From positions 14,942,001-15,006,000 of the forward strand of contig OZ286465.1 of assembly GCA_965644265.1 (NCBI GenBank): 64,000 nt of DNA, read 5' to 3'. Below are positions 11,701 to 23,700 of this stretch, piece by piece. This DNA is from Glycera tridactyla. Its lineage: Eukaryota. The notes under the pieces were generated by a model that searched no databases, was not told where the DNA came from, and was given only the letters and a program-made list of their open reading frames with translations. The translations under genes were made by a program, and so were the position numbers. The number at the start of each line of letters is the position of its first letter. Positions within the stretch are counted from its first letter, which is position 1.

Positions 11701-14700
11701 ATTTGAATTTCTCCATAAGTATGTTAGAAGCATTGTGATAGTGTGGACAATCCCATTACCAGTTGTTAGCATCGTGATCATGCACATTTGGCTCCATAGA
11801 GACATATTTTCCTGAATCCATATATGGATAGATGATCCCTAGCCACATGTGTTTCACCTCCCATTGAGGACCCGGAAGAAGGCAGGCTTGAATGGTGCGA
11901 CCACCAGACAAGTTGTAGCAGTTCATCGTACATGTTGTGAGGCATGCCTTTAGCCCCACTGCTGGACATCGATCTTGTCATGGAAAAGTTATGTTTGCTG
12001 AAGAATCCTCCTAGTGCTTCCGCAAAGTCATCCAGATTCTCACAAAAGTTAGGCATCTTATTTGATTGGCTTACTCTCCCACTTGTTGTAGTTTCCACTA
12101 ATGGAGACGGGGGAGTCTTATGTTAGCTGTCATTATCAAACTACATCACTGCACTGCACACTAGTCACATGTTCCCTTTGCACCCATGTCTTGGATGCCA
12201 ATTCTCTGGGAAAATGACTACAATTCAGTGATTTGCATTCTAAGAATTGTAAGACCACACAGGAATTTAGCAAAAACCTAGTAATTTCAATGATTAATTA
12301 TGCACCAGTCATCTTGAGAATTCAGACTGAATACATTCGCTGAAAATTCCATGGCATGTATCAAAAATGCTTTGATGAGACTGAAATATAATTGTCGGTG
12401 ACTTTGAATAGGGATAAGTTACACTGGGAGACATTTCTTCATCAACCATAATTGTTCATTGCAGCTGAATGAGAAGTGTAATTTGTGCATTCTGGGCAGT
12501 TGATGGAACGATATTTAGGGCTTGATATTCTCAGCATGACAGGATTCACCCTCAGACAGATCGGCAATACCGGGAGACTGTCGTTGCGACGGTCGGGTCG
12601 TCAGATTCTGAGGTACAGCAGAGCCAGCTCCAGCTCTGGCTCTTACGATTCTATCGAGGAACTTTATACGCCTTTACTAACCATTCCGCTTGCTCGCCTG
12701 GTTTTCTCTCCAGACCCGAAGAGTCCCACAGAACCCAAGGAGGATGGTGTCAGTGGCTACACGCCACGCCAAGTTGTGATCGATCCTGAAGACAAACGTA
12801 CGGATACGCCGGAGGGTGAGACCATCTTCCAGCTGAATAACAAGAATGCTGCAAAGAGTCCACGGCAGGAAGACGTATCATTCACAACTGCAAATAAGTG
12901 AGTCAATATTGTTTAGTGGTGACAAGTTTACTTTCACCAGAAAAGCTCTGAAGTAATACACCTCTAGGTATGGGAATGCAGAAATGCCAACCACTACGTT
13001 TTCTGAGTGGCAACTACTCTTTTCAGGTCAAAGTTCAGATTCTTCTTATTATTCCATTGCATCTTCTGGCGGTGCTGCTCTTTGAAATTTACACAGCTGA
13101 TATTTTTGGCCTTCAAAGGATGACATCTATGGGAATTTGAAATTTGGTGAAAAAAAACTGTGTAATTTGTTCGTGAAGTATTAAATTGTAAGAAATGAAG
13201 CACTAATATATTTATTTTTCTGCAATTTACATGTAGGAATTCACACTTATTATACTTGAGTTAGTTCATGAAATAATCCTTGAAAAGTCCTTGACATTGG
13301 GGAAGAAATACAATCCCTGTATCCTGTATTATATGTTGAACAAGTAATTCTTGTAATTTTGGGGTTGTGACTTATTTTCCTGATTAATATTTCAGGACAT
13401 CTCCCCGAACAAATGGGAATGTGATTCAGCCAGATCCAATGAGCATTCCTGGGCTGATGGGGACACCTGCGCCAACACCAGCACCAGTCGAGAGCCGACC
13501 TCCACCTGTCCCACATGCTCACATGACCCGTGCAGAGCGTAAACGACTGCAGTGGGAGCAGGAAAGAGGTGAGTCGGAAAGTAATGCATCCAAACAGAAA
13601 GCTCCTTGGCAGATAGAAAACTCAAAGTCGCAACCCACTAATCGAACTTATGCTGGAATCCATAATACTCCGTCCAATGAGGGCATGCCTAACCAGGTAC
13701 CCCCTCCCGTACCAGCTTCTCATCTGAGTAGAGCGGAGAAGAAGCGCCTGGAATGGGAGAGGGAGCGAGCAGCAGCTCAGAATCAGCATTCGGTGATGCC
13801 CTGGGAGAAAGCCCAGGAGGCATCCATGCCCACGCCTCGGGCCCCGCCCCATTCACAGCCATCCCCACCGCAGCAAGATACTCACACTAACCAACACGCC
13901 CAGCTTCCCGCTGCTCCCCTGTCTAAAGCTGAACGCAAACGCTTGGAGTGGGAGAGAGAACGCAAGATTGGTGAGTTGTCAAAGATGTTCTAGTGGCCTG
14001 TATGCATTGTAGAAGATGAAATATGAGGGCTAGATTTCTCATAATATCTTCATTACATATCTCATTTTGTTGAGATGATTGAAACTAAATCTAACCCAGA
14101 AGTTATCATCTCTGATCAGTTGAGTTCTGTCAGCTTATTGTCTGCTTTTCAGAGGTCGGGATTTTGCATGTACATGTACCGTATATTGCTGTGTATACAC
14201 CCATAGCCAATTAGACGCATCCGTCTTACTTACTTGCCAACAGCACCAGTGAAATTCACTTTCACGCTATGTCAGATGACAAAATTTATCAAACAAGTGT
14301 GGAACAAAGCCAATGATTTCAAGTGTCAATCCAAGTGAAAAGTTATCTTGACCACTGAAAGCATGTGTCAAGGTGAATAATCACAGGTTTATTGATATAA
14401 ACAGAAAGCTGGCATCTTTGAACACAGTTAACAGTGCATTGTCCTATCGAGTCACAAGTCTTGCCATGTGGTGACTACGGACATGCTGCATTTATCTTCA
14501 TTGTTCTTTCTCACCATGGTTTGATGGGGGCTAAGATTGTGGATTACTCCGATTGTTCTACCTACAGAGTCAGCTGAACAATCATCCAACATGCAAGCAC
14601 ACTGGGTTTACAAGTGTCAGGCTTTATTTGCTCACATCCAACATGCGAGCTCACCGGGTCTACAAGTGTCAGGCTTTATTTGCTCACATCCAACATGCAA

Positions 14701-17700
14701 GCACACTGGGTCTACAAGTGTCAGGCTTTATTTGCTCACATCCAAGATGCAAGCACACTGGGTCTACAAGTGTCCAGCTTTATTTGCTCACATCCAACAT
14801 GCGAGCACACTGGGTCTACAAGTGTCAGGCTTTATTTGCTCACATCCAACATGCGAGCACACTGGGTCTACAAGTGTCAGGCTTTATTTGCTCACATCCA
14901 ACATGCGAGCACACTGGGTCTACAAGTGTCAGGCTTTATTTGCTCACATCCAACATGCGAGCACACTGGGTCTACAAGTGTCAGGCTTTATTTGCTCACA
15001 TCCAACATGCGAGCTCACCGGGTCTACAAGTGTCAGGCTTTATTTGCTCACACCAAACATGCGAGCTCATCGGGTCTACAGGTGTCAGGCTTTATTTGCT
15101 CACATCCAACATGCGAGCACACTGGGTCTACAAGTGTCAGGCTTTATTTGCTCACACCAAACATGCGATCACACTGGGTCTACAAGTGTCAGGCTTTATT
15201 TGCTCACATCCAACATGCGAGCACACTGGGTCTACAAGTGTCAGGCTTTATTTGCTCACATCCAACATGCGAGCACACTGGGTCTACAAGTGTCCGGCTT
15301 TATTTGCTCACATCCAACATGCGAGCACACTGGGTCTACAAGTGTCCGGCTTTATTTGCTCACATCCAACATGCGAGCACACTGGGTCTACAAGTGTCAG
15401 GCTTTATTTGCTCACACCGAACATGCGATCACACTGGGTCTACAAGTGTCAGGCTTTATTTGCTCACATCCAACATGCGAGCACACTGGGTCTACAAGTG
15501 TCAGGCTTTATTCGCTCACATCCAACATGCGAGCACACTGGGTCTACAAGTGTCAGGTTTTATTTGCTCACATCTAACATGCGAGCACACTGGGTCTACA
15601 AGTGTCAGGCTTTATTTGCTCACATCCAACATGCGGGCTCACCAGGTCTTCAAGTGTCAGGCTTTATTTGCTCACATCAAACATGCGAGCTCACCAGGTC
15701 TACAAGTGTCAGGCTTTATTTGCTCACATCCAACATGCGAGCACACTGGGTCTACAAGTGTCAGGCTTTATTTGCTCACATCCAACATGCGATCACACTG
15801 GGTCTACAAGTGTCAGGCTCTATTTGCTCACATCCAACATGCGAGCTCACCGGGTCTACAAGTGTCCAGCTTTATTTGCTCACATCCAACATGCGAGCAC
15901 ACTGGGTCTACAAGTGTCAGGCTTTATTTGCTCACATCCAACATGCGAGCACACTGGGTCTACAAGTGTCAGGCTTTATTTGCTCACATCCAACATGCGA
16001 GCACACTGGGTCTACAAGTGTCAGGCTTTATTCGCTCACACCAGATATAGTTGTTGTTGCGTGACGGATGACAAGATATGTCAGCAGCTCATTCATCAAC
16101 ATCATTGTCTTACATTCACACATCATACAATGGATTTTCTCTCTGATTTGGTTACAGATAGGCATACATGGCACTGGCTTATGCCTTTGTGCCCTGGGTG
16201 TATATCCAGCGATATATGGCATATGTTGTATTTCATACATCTATGATAGGCTTTTAATGCTTTTGCATGAATTATTGTGAAAATTTCCGTTTGCATAAGC
16301 TCTTGTCGGCCAATTTTTCATCTTCTCAATGGTAGTACAAACACTTGCTTGCATGCGAACACAGATGTTAGATTGATGTCCATTCCTTTCACGTCAGATT
16401 TTTTTGCATGATGTGAAAAACTAAGATAAGATTCCAGACATTATATGCCTCTAATATGTGGTGTTTCTTTGGCCTGGAGATATCATCTTTTTTTCTATCA
16501 TCACTATGCCCTTGCGTAAGATGCCCTGATATTTCTTTCTTCTTTACGTTATGATCTGGCTCCATTGCATCATTTCCCATCAATTCCTTCTGGTCATTTT
16601 TCTCAACTGCTTCATGTATTTATGGTTGCTGATTCATTCACAGCATCCTAATATTCCCACAGCTATTTTGCTTGATGTGCAGCTGATGATATGCATGTTT
16701 TATGGTCTTCCACTTTTCACACGCTTCTAACTCTTCATCTTTGCTCTGTGTTGTCTCTGTATAGTTAGCCTAACACCTCCTGCAGCAAAAAATGCTTCAC
16801 CTGCTCAGAAGATTTCAATAGCCGACTCGGCACCTGGAGTTATGTTGGGTAACACAAGAGGTATTCAGAAGAAATCCAGAGGCGTCATGGCTGGAGCTAG
16901 TCAGCACAGAGACAGAGGTGCTGATAGGCGTCATTCATCTAGCCAGGAACGTACGGGATCTGTAGGAACAATCAGCTCTAGTGAGTTGAGGAAGGTGGAA
17001 GAACTCATCAGTGGCAACTATGTGAAGAGTGCTCCCCGTGAGAGGCTGGATTCAGTGGAGGGATCTGTCAATAGAGCCGCAGATATATTAGTTGTACATC
17101 ACATCCACCATGATGCAAGTCAGGTCAATGATGCCCAGATGGCTGAACAGCTGTCTCAAAGCTGGGAAACTTCTAACGGACCAGGGAGCACATGGCCCAG
17201 TGCCAAATCTGTCACATCTTTGAGAGATCGTGAGACTCTAAGCAGTCAGTCTGATAAAAAGGAACATCTTATTGAGGAAACAATTCATGCAGAAACACAA
17301 ACAGCTTGTGATGGTATAACGAAAGGAGATCTGCATGCAGTGGGATCTTCCCTAGGTCTGGAGCATGATCACAAGCAGTGGGCTGAAGATCACAATGTTG
17401 GAGGAGTTTTGCAGAGTGCGAATGCAGTGTCACGTTCTGAGATATGTACCGAGTCACCTCTGCAGAGTCGTCAGTCACTCAGTCAACGTGAGCAAAAACG
17501 CCTCCAGTGGCAGAGGGAACAAACAGAACTGAAGGAGTTAGAAAAGTGTAATGTATGGAATTTTTCCTGTAGTCCAAAACAGAGAGTAGGTCATACATGT
17601 GACCTGTCTCCAATACCTGATCATCGACTCTACACTGCCGACTCCTTACAAAGTTTAGAGAGATCACGGGATCAGTTGAAGACTGCTTCTGCACCTGCGC

Positions 17701-20700
17701 ATGTAATCATCAGTCAAACAGCCATTAATGCCAATGATGCCAAGAACATTGATGATTATGAGCCGCAACCTCCACCATCTCGTGTCAGACAAAAGCGTAT
17801 TCAGTGGAAAAGAGAACAAGAAGAATTGGAGAAGATCTGTAGAGAGTCTGAGGTCATGGATGAACTCAACAAAAGGAAGCACCCTGTTGTAACACCATTG
17901 CTTGAAAACACAGTCACATCTGGCAGAAATACAGCCATTGAGGTAATTAATTCGGGCAAAGAGAAAAGACAGGCATGGGTCAAAAGTAGCAGTGCAGGTG
18001 GTGATCAGGTTCTTGGCAAGAATTCTGCAGATCGTTTGTTATCGTCAGAGAATGTCCAGCAGCAGTCAGCAACAGGAGTAGGGCAACAAGCAGAATTAAA
18101 CAGGCAGAGCACTGCCCCCACACTCACAAAAGTAGAGAGAATGAGGAAAAGGTGGCAAGCTGAAAAGGGTAAGAGAGTGTGCTGGGTTGCAATAGTGCTG
18201 ATTCTTGTTTTTTGTTGATTATTGGTTTCTAGTTTTTCTTTTACTATTACATTGCACCTTGAACTCCTTCACTAATGTCATCCATCAGTATCCACTGTTT
18301 TCCATGGCAAATAGTATTCTTGTGTCCACCAACCACTATAGTCCACCTCATGTTTGTATTGCTTTGGTAATCTCCCAACCTGACGCACTTCCCTATTTTT
18401 GGGTAATGTGCTTTGTTTAGAATGAAAGCATTGCTATCATGCTTGAGATTCAACTCTCGTTTAAGTTATATAGTTGAATATGCCATCAATAGCTTCATTC
18501 TAGATTTATGTCATGCTTGAAAAGCACAACCTTACTGGATCCTCATCATCCTTATTCCAAGGTTTGTGTGAGTGGTTCCTGCAGAGGACTGAGCATCCAG
18601 CTTTCAAAGACCAGTAACTTATGGAAGATATGATCCTTTGGGGTGATACATGCTGTTGAATTTCAATCATTCAATCAACCAATCAGTCAACTAATTGATC
18701 AATCAATCAATGCTCCAAGGACAGATATGTTTGAGTAAGATCCCTTGGAATGGTGAAAAATTGTAGTTTAATGGAACAGCTGTTGAGAATAGCACCGGAA
18801 TTAGAGTTGCACCTTAGAGAAGCAAGCCGCCAGTGAGCAATTATCTTTTACAAGCCGGCTTCTCTCTTGCGCCCCTGGGGAGAAAACCCGATAGCACATA
18901 CTCTGGAGGAAAGGCCATACTTGCTCTGCTCTCCATTACTCATCGATCACTTTCTCAGCATTGATATTGCTCTGTATGAATTATGATATAATTATAATAT
19001 GGGACCCAGGGATCTTGCTGTACTGACCTAGTGGTGGCAATCAATACCCGCTCTGATTCATTTTGATACGACAACTACTGTTCATTGCACTGTCAATCTC
19101 TGATTGGGTCTCTGCAGGACTTTTTTGTAGCAAGGAAAGGTGGATTGAAGGAACTTTGGCCCCAATACCCCTGAATTCCAAATCATTTGGCAGGCTCTAC
19201 CCGTCTTAAATCATATAGCACATTGAAGTTTGAATGTATTTCCGTGAAGCCTACATTCTTTTAGTACTCTCCTACTCCCACATAAAAAATTCATTTTCAG
19301 CTTTTCTCCCCATTGTTATCTTGATGAAATATTCTGCAGATATTGCTATCCCTAGAGTTTCATTTATGCCTATGGTGATTTTATATTGTCCCATCATGTG
19401 CTATAGCTGTATTGTCTAGTAGTTCCAATGATCATGTACTGATTACAGATGGCAATAAATATTCTGTATTCTGTGTGAGGTTGTGCAATACCTGTGATTA
19501 TGTTTTATTGTTAAGCCATCATTTCTACTCAATTCTTGGCTTGTGGTGGACCACTGTTAACACCAGCTTGTTTCTTTTAATGATGTTTGTCACACAGACT
19601 TCCATCTCTGTCCATCTCCAGATAAATTTGTGAATGTGATCCTATTTGGATGTATTTGGTTTCAGAGTACTGCTACATCAGAACTGTTTGTGCCAGTTTG
19701 GATTTTATTCCTACAAGTGATTGTACTGCCAACATTCTGATGGCCACTAAGTAACACAATTGAAATCTGTTCATCCCATCCAGTCTGTTCATGATATTTA
19801 TCACCTTCGGAGACTGTGAAATTACTTAGTGATGAATGATGAACAAAAGGGTTATAGACAGGGCTATGCTCAAAGGCGGATGACTGAAGAAAAAAATTGA
19901 TGAGGAGCCCTGAAGCCTAGCCATCGTTGGCCATCAGAATTTGATGTAGTCTAATGTTCACGTTGTTGAACTGATGTTGAGCAGTCTGGATCAAGGTTTC
20001 AATTCATTTCCACATTACCCACTTATTGATGAATTCTCTGGTATCCCTGTTCCCTGTTACAGTCATCTAACAAGTATGAGGTGAGGCAGCTTAGGGATGA
20101 ACTATGTAAGATGCTGCACATTTTGTGCATCACTAGTGGTGCAAAACCTGCATGCTCACTTGTCGCTTGAGTGAACTATCATGAATGTTGAGGGTGTTTC
20201 TCATTGGAGGTATATATTTTATCATGCCATGAAGGGATGGATATTACCAAACGTGGTCTCCGGTCTTTGTGATATAGGTGGGCTGTTTGAAACAAGTCCT
20301 GTTGTATGAGTTCCCAGCTCCTGTTGGTTTCGATTGCATTGGTGTGACTAGAATACTCTCAGAGTTTTCACTGGCAGTGCCAGCATTTGTTTCTGTTGTG
20401 CTCAGTCTGACCTGATGGCTGATGGTTGTTTTTCGGGTTGTAGCTGAGCAGGTGGCGGAGTACGATCCATGGGGACGGCCTGGTGCGGGAGCACCCCTGC
20501 GGGACAGCACTGGGAATGTCCTCGCCGACTTCATCTCACGAAGGGTGAGTTCTGCCAGAAATGACAGCTACTTCTAGCTAGCTCAGCTTATTATCTTAAC
20601 ATTCATGCTGCATGTTTAAAAGCTTATTTATTGTTCTATTATATTGCATGTAGTATCTAGCATTCTGTACGGGATGGGGTAGTTCGCAAGAATGGTTTTT

Positions 20701-23700
20701 ATTTGCATGAGCCATAAAAGTTCTTATGATTGGCAGCAGGACATATTTTATCACAAAGTGGCTGCTATGGTATTTGGACAAAGCCGTTGTGTATGGGAGC
20801 ATCTACATCCACCTCTGAGTGGAACTGGCACCCAGTAACATGCGCTCAATGATTTAGAGATGAAGGAAACCATGATTCATGATAGACCACCGGAATGTAC
20901 AAGTTACAGTCGAACCTGTATATAAAGACCGCCTTCGGCCGCATCAAAAAGTGGTCATCATGGGCAGGTGGTCTTTATAGAGATTGTTTACTTTTGAAAA
21001 TACTACCACGGTCGCAGCTCAGGGTGGTCCTCATAGAGATGTGGTCTTCATAGAGAGGTGGTCTTTAGAGCAGGTTCGACTGTACATCCTCAATAATCAT
21101 CCAATTTTGAGAAAGACTATGATTTGGTTGTCAGCCTTTGTGAGCTGTAGAGATAGCGCAGCCTCATTCCCATTCAGAGCGAGTCATCAATTATCCTGTT
21201 TCTCATTAAGCTGGCAACATCAATGTCTCAATGACAGCAAGCTCCTGAAGCCTGCTATCAGAATGCTGTATTTTGGTACAGGTATGTTCAGTGGAACCTG
21301 CAGCAAGTGTGAAACCTGTTTAAAGAGACATATTTTTGGTGGATCCAGGCCATTAGCCCCCATATTTGCCTTAATGACCCAAAAGATATCTCCCTGGATG
21401 GGTGATTTGGCCCGGCTTTTTCATGTTATTGCCTGTGATATTTCAAATTCATGGGCCAGTCAGTGAATTCGCTGGTTCTTTTTTGGCCCATTTCTTTTTG
21501 TCATATGCACCTCTACTGAGAGACCGCTGTTTTATAAGACCACTTCTCAGGGTAATTTAGGGTCATCTCTTGTCAAAGGTCACACTGTATATCTGATGGC
21601 CATTCATTTATTTTGTTGTGGGGTCAAACACCATTCAAGAGCTTATCTGCTTCAGCGTGGTTTATAGGAGACAACATGCTTTGCATACAATGGGAATGCT
21701 CTATTTTATGTATGTCTTCTCTTTCTATCTTGATGATACGGTTTACACCGGTTTGGATAGGAAAATTACTTTGAAAACCTGGAGTGGGATTTCTTTACAT
21801 GCAGTGAAGAGACTATGAATGCATTCTATGTTGACCCTTATTGGTTGACTTTTTAGTTTGAAAAACAAACTTTACATCTATATCTTTTTGAGTTCCCCTG
21901 ATCCACTTGACTGTCTGAAAAGTTAAAATGGCGGGACAAAATGGTTATCATGATCTTCTGATTGCTAAGTTCACAAATATCAAACATTGTGAATAAAGAA
22001 GATTTAATCGTTACTATTGATATAGACTCCTAGAGTCCAGAATTGATTATGAACTATTTGGTCGTACTCCTTCACTGTGATTGGTGGAGTGGTGTTCCTC
22101 AAGCTGATGGTGTTGCCATGCCGACCAAACATTGGTCAGTTGTACGCCTGGCTGGTTGATATTGCTCCTCTGAGTGTTGATATATTCACCTAGTGGCTGA
22201 TGTGGTAACTACCTCCTGTATTTATACGATTGATCCACATTATCAGCTTGCTACTTTATGTGTTTATTCAGTATCATGATGTGTTTTGTTAGTTAGAAAT
22301 ATTAAAGTGGGTAGAGCAAGTCACATTCTGGGTAAAATATATTTGCCCGTTGTTATCCAGAGATGGAAATTTTCATGTATAATTCATATATTCCGTGAAA
22401 TGTATTTTCCATGCAATATATGAGATGTACATTGAAAACTCCATGCTGTGTAAAATACATTGGCTCATGCATCAGTTTGTTTGCTTTACCTTTTTGTCGA
22501 CTTGACAGCATGCTAGTAACCAAATGTTTTTTCATGTTTCCAGCCTGAGGAGGTATGTCAATCTGTGTAGGAAGTCCTCTGTGCTGTATCTACTTATCTG
22601 TCTTGATTTCCCAGCAACATCCCATGTTCTCATGATGACCTCAAATCATTCTAGGCTTTTCTGATAAGCTCTACTGATGATGCAACCTCTTTCTCTAATA
22701 TGGAAACATTGAGTTTCAAGTATCTCTCATGAAAAACTCTACAGCACTGTTTCTTAGATGTAATAGTCTTCTATGAACATCTCATGAAAAAAACACAACA
22801 TCTCACCCATCCTGCACAATGTCTACATCAGCAGCCCCGTCAATAACCTCAGCAGAGTTTGCCAAGTCGACGTCAGGGTTTGGGGCACTTTAAAGAAGGG
22901 AGATTTAGCGACTCTATGAACAGGAATCTTCTTCGAAATGGATGAAGGTCCCTATACATTGATGTTATTTTTTAAAGAAATTTTGCGATTCCTGGAAATC
23001 TATTACATTACTCGGAACCTAAAAGCTTCTAGGATTTGTCAGAATATTTCAAATGAAGTACAGTCGAACCTCCTCTAAAGACCACCTCTCTATAAAGACC
23101 ACCTCCCTATAAAAACCACCCTGAGCTGCGACCGTGGAAGTATTTTCAACAGTAAATGACCTCCCTATAAAGACCACATTTTGATGTGACTGAGGGCGGT
23201 CTTTATAGAGAGGTTCGTCTGTATTTGGATGGATGCAGGGGTGTTTTTATTTGATTTAATCAGGAAGTTTCATTTCAAGTGATATCCTGTTGGATAATTT
23301 GGCCTTGGAAATTCTTCTATGGGCCCTGAAGATACATTTGATCAGGTGATGACTTGTCTCTATGTACTCTGATGCTATGCTGAGAAATGGTAAGGTGGCC
23401 TACATTAAAGTTCCTGTCAGTCTCAGTAATTAAAATACAAGAGTGGGCTTATAGACCTTGAGACATGAGACAGACTCAGCTTGCATGTTTGAGGAAATCA
23501 TGACATTTCACCTGCAGCATGGTGCTCTTGTTTCATCCAATCTCCATGTCATCAAGAATTGAGAATGATTGTCCTCCAATTGACAGAAGTAAGTCTTTCA
23601 TCAAGAAAATATCACGAGAATTCATCTGGAAATCAATAAGAATGATAATACAGGAGAAATTAGGATTTCTGGTAATATAGACAGACAGACAGAGAGGTCA

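Noticed and set aside
14537-16246. Cys/His-rich 200-500 aa ORFs resembling zinc fingers
   Set aside because: Artifacts of a 52-bp intronic minisatellite; there is no C2H2 spacing and all frames read alike.
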